Source: Candidatus Heimdallarchaeota archaeon
Lineage (GTDB): Archaea; Asgardarchaeota; Heimdallarchaeia; Heimdallarchaeales; Kariarchaeaceae
NCBI GenBank assembly: GCA_030149205.1
Contig: JASBSB010000003.1
Span: 60,001 to 92,000 of the forward strand
Reading direction: 5' to 3'
Length of the DNA: 32,000 nt
This document shows positions 1-8,282 of the stretch, piece after piece. Under the pieces are notes generated by a model. It did no database searches and was not told the DNA's origin. It worked only from the letters and a program-made list of their open reading frames with translations. The position numbers and the translations under genes are program-made. Each line of letters begins with the position of its first letter. The stretch's first letter is position 1.

Positions 1-360
1 CCCTGATTTTTTGAAGATTAAATCATATGAATACACATAACTTGAGTTACTGTCAAATTCCAACAATTTAGGAGAGGTGAATCCAATTACATTTTGTGCA
101 GTCCACGTTGAGAAGGCTGGTTCAGTGATGCTTAGGTTGAATGCTTTTTGTAATCCAAAATTTGTTATATTCACAGAAACTCTAATTGCAGAATTCACCA
201 GTATGAAACCTGTAACGTTAGCATATTTTTGAATTTGTAATGCTGGCGTGTTCGGTATTGGGGTATGATTATATATTGGTATAGATGATACAGAATGAAC
301 CTGAATCAATAGAAAAAAGACAAATCCTAACACTGCCATATACCTAAGAATCTTTTTCAT
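1..360 (-). CDS. Secreted or membrane protein with a TRAP-beta/BatD/DUF11-like beta-sandwich domain; partial, runs off the window start
   Basis: Not in the ORF track. Translated by hand from ATG at 360: MKKILRYMAVLGFVFFLLIQVHSVSS (signal peptide), then LQIQKY...IRVSVNITNFGLQKAFNLSITEPAF...VIG...SYVYSYDLIFKKSG. Open to base 1. The pattern resembles SSR2/TRAP-beta ([20 protein letters not shown]...VSHTVVLRPLKAG). Confidence 0.65.
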   Translation of the reverse strand, partial: MKKILRYMAVLGFVFFLLIQVHSVSSIPIYNHTPIPNTPALQIQKYANVTGFILVNSAIRVSVNITNFGLQKAFNLSITEPAFSTWTAQNVIGFTSPKLLEFDSNSSYVYSYDLIFKKSG

Positions 361-382
361 CAGGTTGAAATCAAATACTTGG

Positions 383-390
383 GTTATAAA
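383..390 (-). promoter_or_regulatory. Candidate TATA box (TTTATAAC) for a leaderless transcript of the 1..360 gene
   Basis: TTTATAA lies 24-30 nt upstream of ATG 360 and is preceded by purine-rich GACAAG. The AT-rich background weakens the call. Confidence 0.4.
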
Positions 391-536
391 CTTGTCACTC
401 TTGACTTACACTAATAAATTATTGAACTTTAGAAATTTCCTTCCCACCATTATTTAGTATTGAGACCTTGTATTCGTTGAAGTAGAGATGTGTAAATTAA
501 TTATAAAATGGGAAACGGTTTTCTATATTGTTGAGT

Positions 537-986
537 TTATGTAAAGCTTACGTTTGGAATTTTATATGTGGTTGAACTTTGCCCTGTTGGAGTCCATGTG
601 ATAAGAACATCATATGTTCCAGCTGTGACACCAGTAAAGTAAAAGGTGACTGTATTCGAACCTTTCGTCACAGCAATTGCCGTATTCGGAGTCCTAGTAA
701 CTGTTGCTGAGGAGTTTATTAGTTCAACTTGTGTAATTTGACCCGGATTTGAAGCGTCTAGAACTACTTTGTATGTAGCGACATTTGTTGAATTAACTGT
801 TGAAGTAAGGCTATTTGTTAAGGTTAATGTTCCTTTCGGTGTCAGTAGTGGTAATACAAAGGCATAAATTACTGCACCTGCTGCAACAGTCAGAGCTATT
901 AGTAATACTACTGCAATGACCGGAGAAACTGATTTCGCTTTCTTTTCGATAGATACCATGATTTTTTTCACCATTGGTTTTGGCAA
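537..986 (-). CDS. Archaeal type IV pilin-like protein (class III signal peptide, Pilin_N-like); true start more likely ATG 974 or 959 than TTG 986
   Basis: Basic leader (EKKAKS) followed by VSPVIAVVLLIALTVAAGAVIYAF, the archaeal pilin/archaellin N-terminal helix, then a Thr/Asn-rich beta domain with N-glycosylation sequons NST, NSS, NVS. Confidence 0.85.
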   Translation of the reverse strand: MPKPMVKKIMVSIEKKAKSVSPVIAVVLLIALTVAAGAVIYAFVLPLLTPKGTLTLTNSLTSTVNSTNVATYKVVLDASNPGQITQVELINSSATVTRTPNTAIAVTKGSNTVTFYFTGVTAGTYDVLITWTPTGQSSTTYKIPNVSFT

Positions 987-1084
987 ATCAGATTGTTTGA
1001 TTTCCCGTATAACAATTCATCTTATGGTATTTAACTTTTATTGCTAATTATCTCTGTTATTCTGTTAAAAAAGTCAGTTATGAC

Positions 1085-1573
1085 TTACTGTACAAGCTCT
1101 TTAACCATTACCAATGCACTTTCTCCATCATTATAATATCTTTCAAGTGTTTTTGCAACGAAAAAGCTTAAATTCTTATAGAGATGAATTGCTGCCACAT
1201 TTGATTCCCTGACCTCCAGAGTTACCTCCTTAATATTCTCCATCAAAAGTAGCCTGTTTAACACAAAATCCATCATACCTTTTCCAACTCCTTGACGTCT
1301 ATATTCTGGTAACACAGCAACACTAATAATGTGACCTTTTGGATATTTTTTAAGAAATAACTGTGAAAGTGGAAATTTCTCAATACGGGTAATTATATAA
1401 CCAATAATTTTTTTATCACTGACGGCTACAACACTGCTTTCCTTCCAATCTTTGATTAACTGAATAAAGTAACCTACGGGATAGTTTTCTGGGAGAGAGA
1501 TTCTGTTAATAGCTATTATACTTTCAAGATCATCAATGCTTGGATTTCTATAGGTGATGATTGATTGTTCCAT
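1085..1573 (-). CDS. rimI: GNAT N-terminal acetyltransferase (archaeal Ard1/RimI family)
   Basis: LPENY motif; GHIISVAVLPEYRRQGVG acetyl-CoA motif A; LEVRESN..AI.LY; YYNDGE.A.VM. Confidence 0.92.
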   Translation of the reverse strand: MEQSIITYRNPSIDDLESIIAINRISLPENYPVGYFIQLIKDWKESSVVAVSDKKIIGYIITRIEKFPLSQLFLKKYPKGHIISVAVLPEYRRQGVGKGMMDFVLNRLLLMENIKEVTLEVRESNVAAIHLYKNLSFFVAKTLERYYNDGESALVMVKELVQ

Positions 1574-1598
1574 TAGTTAAATCGTTTAAAACAAACCC

Positions 1599-1606
1599 AT
1601 TTATAA
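1599..1606 (-). promoter_or_regulatory. Candidate TATA box (TTATAAAT) for the acetyltransferase gene
   Basis: 26-33 nt upstream of ATG 1573. Confidence 0.3.
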
Positions 1607-1645
1607 TTCTCATGATTGTCATTCTAAAAATCGTGAAAAGTTTTT

Positions 1646-2776
1646 TCAAATTGCCTTATATTGCAAATCGTGAGTGTAATTCAATGTGTAACTACTCAAT
1701 ATACCACTAACCACAACTTTGATATCTATAGGTAAATTTTGATCAACATTTAGAACTTTTGATGTGTCAAAAATTAGGGTTCCTCCAATGACAACTTTTC
1801 CAACTAAACGACCCATTATATTCCAATCTGTATTTGAAAGCAAGGTTCCAGTGATGGTAGATAACTTTACATTTATCTCAGAGATATGTTCTGCAAGGTT
1901 TCCGGGATCAGAAATCTGAAGCTGTATCTGATAAAATAGGTAGGTTTTTATTGTACCGTTTACTGTTAATTGGTAAGACCTTCTAAATGAGGTGTCGACC
2001 GTTGCTCCTACTAATTCAGGTTTATTAGAAATCTGTTGAGGATAATAAATTCCGGGATTTAACTGACTTGAAATCATCAGAGTTAGAACCAAAAGCAAAA
2101 TAAGATAGGTAAATAGTTTATGAACCTGCTTTTCGATTAGAATATCCCTCTTTGTTTCTGATACATGTTGTGTTATTCCGCTTAGAAATTTACGAGGATT
2201 TAAATCATAAAATTCATCTTCACTTTCCTCATCATCCTTCCCAAAGACCCAAATACTTACCCCAATTCCACCTGCAACAAGATATAAAATGATCTGGATG
2301 CCAATATTCCTTTGTAATGCCAGGCTGAGATGCCCTAAATATTGAGCCTTCAAAACAATTTTTCCAAGCACTGCTTTCATAGGTATCTGGATACTGTTCC
2401 CAGAGTAAATATCAGGGATGCTGTTAGTCACAGGATTGTCCCCTTTGACTGAAAGATAATTCTGTCCTAAGCTTTGGGTTTTCAGGATGACCCTATGTAT
2501 GACTAGTAAGTTTGAGATAGGGTTATTATATACAATCACATCTCCGACCTTGATTTCCTCCCAATTTGCATGTTGAATAATAAAAATGTCTCCTTGCATG
2601 TAAGTAGGATTCATCGAATTAGGGTCACTGTTTTGAATTACAACAAAACTGTATCCCAGAAGAGAATTTAAGGTGCCTGTAATAAACAAAAGGGCGATTA
2701 TTACAACCAATCCTAAGAAGAAGTATTCCACATAGTCTTTTTTAATTCGCACTAGCTTATCTCTGAATCTCCCCAA
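1646..2776 (-). CDS. sec11: Signal peptidase I, Sec11/S26B type, with an extra C-terminal TM helix and extracytoplasmic beta domain
   Basis: N-terminal TM; catalytic Ser in NSMNPT..QGD; GDVIVY; His in VIHRV; KGDN; second TM IQIILYLVAGGIGVSIWVF; acidic linker; third TM; ~130 aa beta-rich tail. Confidence 0.88.
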   Translation of the reverse strand: MGRFRDKLVRIKKDYVEYFFLGLVVIIALLFITGTLNSLLGYSFVVIQNSDPNSMNPTYMQGDIFIIQHANWEEIKVGDVIVYNNPISNLLVIHRVILKTQSLGQNYLSVKGDNPVTNSIPDIYSGNSIQIPMKAVLGKIVLKAQYLGHLSLALQRNIGIQIILYLVAGGIGVSIWVFGKDDEESEDEFYDLNPRKFLSGITQHVSETKRDILIEKQVHKLFTYLILLLVLTLMISSQLNPGIYYPQQISNKPELVGATVDTSFRRSYQLTVNGTIKTYLFYQIQLQISDPGNLAEHISEINVKLSTITGTLLSNTDWNIMGRLVGKVVIGGTLIFDTSKVLNVDQNLPIDIKVVVSGILSSYTLNYTHDLQYKAI

Positions 2777-2813
2777 TAAATATTCATCTAAATCATCTTG
2801 AAATTATTACTAG

Positions 2814-4130
2814 TTATACAGGAATTGGGAATGATAATGTTGCGGCAATTACAGCAAGAACCAGCATTATTTTACTGTGAGGTGGAAGCTCACTTATATG
2901 ATTTAATACATCAAGGCTTCCATATCTCCCTGTGAAAAAGAAAAGAAGCAGCGCTAAATATACAAGACCATTCATTACCAGTAATAAAATTACGAGAAGT
3001 GAAAGTAGCATGGACTTCTGCTCACCTAAGCTTATTCTAAATAGGGTTCCACCATTGAACTGGTAAATAGGAAGAAACTGTATACCTGTTAAATAAATAA
3101 ACCCATATGCAATTAATGAGTAAGGAGAGAGCAGATAATTCGATGTGTATGACCCCGAAAAATTTAGTAATCCTAAATATTTTCCTAAATTAGTAAACAA
3201 TACCAACACAAGAGGTTCAAAGTTTCCTGAAACAAGAATTGACCTTACACCAAAAAGATGGGCTGCCTGGGCATCTAGAGTATTAGTAGAGATAAGTAGA
3301 AAGAAAGCAACAAGAGAAATCAACCAAACAATGAAGTTACCATAAAAGGAAACGTTGAATAGAGTCCCTTTATTGATGATCTTTTTCTTTTCTAATAGCA
3401 AATTTCCTAAGGTTCCTAATTCAAAGTAAGGTATAATTGGGATAGGAACAGATCTAACTGATTCTTCATTATTTATCTGAGAATTAAAGAGTTGAATTTT
3501 TGAACGTATTAAAACTATAGAAATTACTATCAAAGAAAAGATGCCTGCTTGAATGAGCATGTCCGCAGAGGATGGTAAAGTAAAAAGGCTTAGATAACCA
3601 GTTTCTAAGTGATTGATTGAGTTATTATATCGAAGAACCTCGAAATAACCAGACATTAATATTGTTAAGATGGTAAAAACCCAAAATAATCTATTCCATT
3701 TTTGAAATGTGTTCGAATTAGACCCTGAAGATCTATAGCTATAAACAAGGAGAAAGGAGTCTTTCCTCCTTCCAATTGGATATGCATTCGGGGTTAACCC
3801 AGCGTTAATTGATCGACATTCAGTAACTAGATCAGTAAATGTTTTATCAAGATTAGTTGGAACCTTAACTTCAAAAATTGGAGGAGAGATGGCTTTTGTA
3901 TTAATTATTGGGAACTTTTCCTCTGTGAGGTCTATAAGATCATTTAGTTTAAGGTCAAATTTTTTTCCTTTTGGACCGTCAAAGCTTACCACTACATTTT
4001 CTGGATTTAATTTTAACTTCTCTTCTCTAGATTGTGCGGTCGGATCCAAAACTTGCTCGCCACAATGTATACATTTGCCAGCGGGTGTTTTTTCTCCACA
4101 GGACCAGCAAACGAAGGTTTTATTTGACAC
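2814..4130 (-). CDS. Site-2 protease (M50) homolog lacking catalytic residues, with N-terminal zinc ribbon
   Basis: N-terminal CWSC...CIHC. M50 scaffold motifs PYFELGTLG, LFNVSFYGN and LPIYQFNGG are present, but HExxH aligns to RSKIQ and the LDGG Asp aligns to Asn. Confidence 0.8.
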   Translation of the reverse strand: MSNKTFVCWSCGEKTPAGKCIHCGEQVLDPTAQSREEKLKLNPENVVVSFDGPKGKKFDLKLNDLIDLTEEKFPIINTKAISPPIFEVKVPTNLDKTFTDLVTECRSINAGLTPNAYPIGRRKDSFLLVYSYRSSGSNSNTFQKWNRLFWVFTILTILMSGYFEVLRYNNSINHLETGYLSLFTLPSSADMLIQAGIFSLIVISIVLIRSKIQLFNSQINNEESVRSVPIPIIPYFELGTLGNLLLEKKKIINKGTLFNVSFYGNFIVWLISLVAFFLLISTNTLDAQAAHLFGVRSILVSGNFEPLVLVLFTNLGKYLGLLNFSGSYTSNYLLSPYSLIAYGFIYLTGIQFLPIYQFNGGTLFRISLGEQKSMLLSLLVILLLVMNGLVYLALLLFFFTGRYGSLDVLNHISELPPHSKIMLVLAVIAATLSFPIPV

Positions 4131-4193
4131 TAAGAAAAAGTAGGAACCTAGTTTATTAAGTTCTACACATGAGCATGGAAAAGTAATAGAATC

Positions 4194-5084
4194 TTAATAT
4201 CTCTTTTCTTTTGCAATGAGACCTCTGACAAATCTAAGTGACATTGCTACTAACAATAGCACGAAAGTATTTGCCCAGTTGTATAAAATGAATTGATTTG
4301 AATTTTGAATTGAAGCGTATATGTACATCCCTCCACTACTAAGCCAGAATATACCCTCGAATATGCCTAAGACATAATAATCATTGATCACTCTTTTTGA
4401 GACACTTGACAGGACAATTAGTAGACCCATAACTGAAATTCCAGCACCAAGGTACAAATCTGAGGTTATATACAGCCATTCTATATCATAAACCGTCATA
4501 TAGCCGAAATAATATGCAATAAATGAATAACTTAACACCGCGGAAATCCCCAAAAATCCAAAGGATTCAAGGACAATAAAGATATTTTTTCCTCGAAGAA
4601 GTAGTATTGATATGAAAAGAAATACACCTCCGCCTAAAAGTGATCCACCTATCAGTATTGGAGAGTACTGATATATTATTGTATTCCATAACTCAGAAAA
4701 AGTGTTAACGTGTATCTGGGCCAGATAATTCTCTAAAACAAAAAATGGGTCAAAAGAACCTACAGCATGTAAAATCAAATTATAAAACCCACCCATGAAG
4801 AGTGAAGAACCGATCAACATAATAATTCGTTTAACCCAATTTGCAGTTACAATAGGGGTATCTTTCAGGTGACTAATTTGAGAAACAGAATCTAGGTCTA
4901 CTCCTGCTATTTGCTCATACTGTTTATGTAATTTAGTGTAATATTCTTCGAGATCATTTCTCTTCTTAAGCAGATCTGCATTGGTTTTATCCTTTGCCAA
5001 TTTTTCATTTACGTTGTGTATCTCTCTACTGGTTGCTTCAATTTCTAAACGTAAATTAGCTCTAATTCTTTTTTGACTGTCCAC
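4194..5084 (-). CDS. Hypothetical membrane protein: N-terminal coiled coil plus about 6-7 TM helices
   Basis: Heptad-like charged first ~60 aa, then repeated ~20 aa hydrophobic segments; GTG start. Confidence 0.8.
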   Translation of the reverse strand: MDSQKRIRANLRLEIEATSREIHNVNEKLAKDKTNADLLKKRNDLEEYYTKLHKQYEQIAGVDLDSVSQISHLKDTPIVTANWVKRIIMLIGSSLFMGGFYNLILHAVGSFDPFFVLENYLAQIHVNTFSELWNTIIYQYSPILIGGSLLGGGVFLFISILLLRGKNIFIVLESFGFLGISAVLSYSFIAYYFGYMTVYDIEWLYITSDLYLGAGISVMGLLIVLSSVSKRVINDYYVLGIFEGIFWLSSGGMYIYASIQNSNQFILYNWANTFVLLLVAMSLRFVRGLIAKEKRY

Positions 5085-5222
5085 ATCTGAGGTTAATAAT
5101 TATATTTTATTATCTTTCTCTTTCATCTTTAATAATTCGTAAAAAGTAATTTGTTAATTTATACTCCATAGTTCACTAAATCAAAGTTCGCATTTTTAAA
5201 GGTCATCACCATATTTTTACTA

Positions 5223-5672
5223 TTGAAATATGCACAAGTTACAGAGGAGAAAATACGCGAGCTGTTGACGTCTGAAACCTTTAATCCTAGTATTCAGACT
5301 GAATTAGAATACATAATTGGACTTAGAAGGAAGTATTCACCTTTAAGTGATATTCTATCAATTTTAAAACGAGAGGGAAAGAGTCTCACTTTTATAACTT
5401 TTAAAAAATCTGGGTTCCAGTTTCTCCCTCTCCGGAATGTGATAAGAGTTTTACTTAAACTTAGTAGCGTTGAATCCTCTCATCTTTACAAAAAAATTGA
5501 AATTTATGGTATGGAAATTGGTTGTGACTATTTTAAAGGAAAGTGTTGTATATACTTAGAAGAATCTTGTATAAAAATTAATTACTTGTGGAGATGGACA
5601 GGCTTTGAAGGAGATATCCATTATGACAAATTTATAAATTTTGAGACAATTGAAATATCGTTAGAAAATTAA
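5223..5672 (+). CDS. Hypothetical protein
   Basis: 149 aa ORF filling an otherwise empty gap, protein-like composition, stop overlaps the convergent stop of 5669..7504. TTG start and no recognised motif. Confidence 0.5.
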   Translation: MKYAQVTEEKIRELLTSETFNPSIQTELEYIIGLRRKYSPLSDILSILKREGKSLTFITFKKSGFQFLPLRNVIRVLLKLSSVESSHLYKKIEIYGMEIGCDYFKGKCCIYLEESCIKINYLWRWTGFEGDIHYDKFINFETIEISLEN

Positions 5673-7504
5673 CTAGACAATAATTGTTGTAATTGTAGTA
5701 TCTTCATTTCAACCGTTTTTTCTGCGTGAATTGGGCTTAAACTTTCTGGGTTATAACTAAATACCCATGATCTAAGTTCCCGATGGTAAGAAAGATACTC
5801 ACCAATGTCTAAGTTAGGGATGAACTTTTTAATTTGGTCAGTGAACAGTGTATCTAAATCTGAATTGGTTGTAAAGGATTTTCTAAGTCTAAAAACTAAA
5901 ATTTCAGAGTTACTCACAACCCAAGGATCAAACTCAGGTGCTTGAGAAATTGCCATCAAAAATAATCCAAACTTTCTACCTTCAGAGGCTAAATTTCGTA
6001 TCCATTTGTCATTAGCAAGATTCTGAGCCTCCTCTGCAACTATTAGTATCCTGTCACTTATTTTTTCCTGAATTGCCATATTTAGAATTCTCTTTAATAT
6101 GGTCGAAACTATTGTTGTTACAATCCAGGGTTCATCATAAGTTGGCCAAAAAACTATTGTTTCAGCAGAGCTGGTTGGTAATATAACATCTTCTTCTTTG
6201 TCAAGAAGACTCTCAATGGTATCGACAACAAATCTTGAAATAGTAGGTCTTGTTTGTTCTTCTATAGCCTGAAGCTTTTGTGCGAGGTCATCGGGCGATG
6301 CCCCTTCCTGAGAAAATACAGTTTGTTGGGTTCGAATATGCTCCTGAGCAGTTGTAAAAGTATCTCCTATCTCATAGACGGGATAATAACTGGTTACCTC
6401 TGGTTTTTGTTCGCCACCGATTTGAATTATTTGATCAGCGATATCTGCATATTCCAAGTGGTGATCAAAAATAAATACAGTCGTATCTTGAACACGTTTG
6501 TTTTCTTTTATAATTTGTTTGACCAGTGTTGTCTTTCCAACCCCTGTCTGACCTACGATAGACAAATGAGGAGATCCTGCGGGGTTTGCACCCAATATAG
6601 GTACTTCACCAACTGCAACAGGGATATTGAGTTTCATCTTGTTGACATATTTTGTTAGCAAGTCCTCTAATCGGTCTAAATATGGAGATTCAATCAAGGT
6701 ATGTGGAATAATTTTTGATTTTACATGACTTATAGTGTATGAATCAACATTTTCGTTTGAAAATCCACGAATCAGAGCTTCTAAAGCCATGAGTCTTGAG
6801 TCAAGATATTCAAAATCCTCATGAGCATATTTTTTTAGTACCCTTAGTAATTCCAATCCCTCTGTTAAAAAGGAAGTCTCAGAATTATACCTTTCAACCA
6901 TTAATCCAAGCAATTTCAAGAAAGCATTATAAATTTGTAAGGCTATATCTTCTGGATTCCCCTTTCTTTTGAAGAAAAACCCACTTGATTCAGATTGAAA
7001 CTTTTGAATCTGTTCAATGAGTTCTTCTATTAGCTCCTCTTTTTTGTCTTTAGCGTATTTAAGATACCTAAGACAGTAATCGTCTAAACCCTCGAGTAAA
7101 AGGTCAACTATGATATTAATAATCTGTTCAATCCAATCAATCCCCTGAGCCATCTCAAGAGCACCAACTCTAGATTTTACCGCATCACTCAGGTCTTCAT
7201 TCAGTGTTTCTAAAATTTTGGCTTTAAAATGGTAGGCGTAAAGGATAAAGAAAGGGCCGAGTTTGTCAAAATACGGTGCCTCAAGATTTCCTCTCTCAAT
7301 CACCACTTGTAATATTTTTTCAAGACGTGACAAAAGAAGGTGAGACTCTTTCTTTTTACCGACTCCTTCAAAGTATAAAATTGCCTTTTCATATTCTCTG
7401 TATCCACTTAAGTAATCTGTAGTAGAACCTGAGCTAATGGCTTGTTTAAGGGTTTCTTCGGCATCTTTGGCATAGTCCATATAAGATTGAATTGCTTGTT
7501 CCAC
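5669..7504 (-). CDS. HerA/FtsK-superfamily (DUF87-like) P-loop ATPase with ~290 aa all-alpha N-terminal domain
   Basis: HLSIVGQTGVGKT (Walker A), VFIFDHHLEY, ILIVAEEAQ (Walker B), SEGRKFG (Arg finger), AISQ.P. Confidence 0.85.
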   Translation of the reverse strand: MEQAIQSYMDYAKDAEETLKQAISSGSTTDYLSGYREYEKAILYFEGVGKKKESHLLLSRLEKILQVVIERGNLEAPYFDKLGPFFILYAYHFKAKILETLNEDLSDAVKSRVGALEMAQGIDWIEQIINIIVDLLLEGLDDYCLRYLKYAKDKKEELIEELIEQIQKFQSESSGFFFKRKGNPEDIALQIYNAFLKLLGLMVERYNSETSFLTEGLELLRVLKKYAHEDFEYLDSRLMALEALIRGFSNENVDSYTISHVKSKIIPHTLIESPYLDRLEDLLTKYVNKMKLNIPVAVGEVPILGANPAGSPHLSIVGQTGVGKTTLVKQIIKENKRVQDTTVFIFDHHLEYADIADQIIQIGGEQKPEVTSYYPVYEIGDTFTTAQEHIRTQQTVFSQEGASPDDLAQKLQAIEEQTRPTISRFVVDTIESLLDKEEDVILPTSSAETIVFWPTYDEPWIVTTIVSTILKRILNMAIQEKISDRILIVAEEAQNLANDKWIRNLASEGRKFGLFLMAISQAPEFDPWVVSNSEILVFRLRKSFTTNSDLDTLFTDQIKKFIPNLDIGEYLSYHRELRSWVFSYNPESLSPIHAEKTVEMKILQLQQLLSS

Positions 7505-7512
7505 GAGAGTTT

Positions 7513-7517
7513 CCTCC
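7513..7517 (-). promoter_or_regulatory. Shine-Dalgarno GGAGG for the HerA-like ATPase
   Basis: GGAGG 8 nt upstream of GTG 7504, supporting that start. Confidence 0.7.
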
Positions 7518-7709
7518 AGAAAGTCACCGTATTTCCGGTAAGGTTTTCCTTTAGCAAATTTGGGTAAGCTTAATTATTAAGGTTTTTTCTTGCTAGCTTG
7601 ATTTATCCCACTTATTTTAAAGGAAAGGTATCCACAATTGTAAATTAAGAATAATTTATTTGAAGAAGAGAGAATAAGCTTATATGATAACACTCCCCAC
7701 ACACTGTTA

Positions 7710-8282
7710 ATGATACAACTCTTGGACAAGGAGAGTATTGGTGATGAGCTAGTTGAAAGAATTGTGATTAGACTTACTGATCAGGGATATGATGAGGTTT
7801 TTCAGGTTTTAAGCAAATTGTTTCCAAAAGCCAAAGCAATGAGACTTCGTTCAATGTCTGAAGACCTTTCTGAGAAAAGAGACAACAGACTAATAGAATT
7901 CAACAATTTGATAGAAATGGAACCATTGGATCTGGAACTATTTAATACCCTCTCCAGTGCGGATCAAGATCCACAATTGATTTTCAACAGGGGGTCATGG
8001 GATCCCACAAAGTTTGAGCTCAAATTGGTTTGTGCGAGAACCCCATTAAAGGAATTTTTTGATGAGTGTAAAAGTATAACCTGTGAAAATTGTATAGTTA
8101 GCAGACTAGAAGCGTTTTCTCCTTGGAAAATCACATTGAACAGGGTTGAGGATCGAAGAGTTGATTTATGTAACAACTGTGGAATAATCCTTAGCAAGAA
8201 GGACCAAATTTTCTTAAGGAATGAGAGACTAACCTACGTGTGTCATAATTGTGGTCACAAAGGGTGGAATAAAGCTAAATAA
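7710..8282 (+). CDS. Hypothetical protein with Cys-rich, probably two-zinc C-terminal half
   Basis: Eight Cys: LVC, ECKSITCENC, LCNNCG, VCHNCG; helical acidic N-terminus; stop overlaps the top6A stop. Confidence 0.8.
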   Translation: MIQLLDKESIGDELVERIVIRLTDQGYDEVFQVLSKLFPKAKAMRLRSMSEDLSEKRDNRLIEFNNLIEMEPLDLELFNTLSSADQDPQLIFNRGSWDPTKFELKLVCARTPLKEFFDECKSITCENCIVSRLEAFSPWKITLNRVEDRRVDLCNNCGIILSKKDQIFLRNERLTYVCHNCGHKGWNKAK

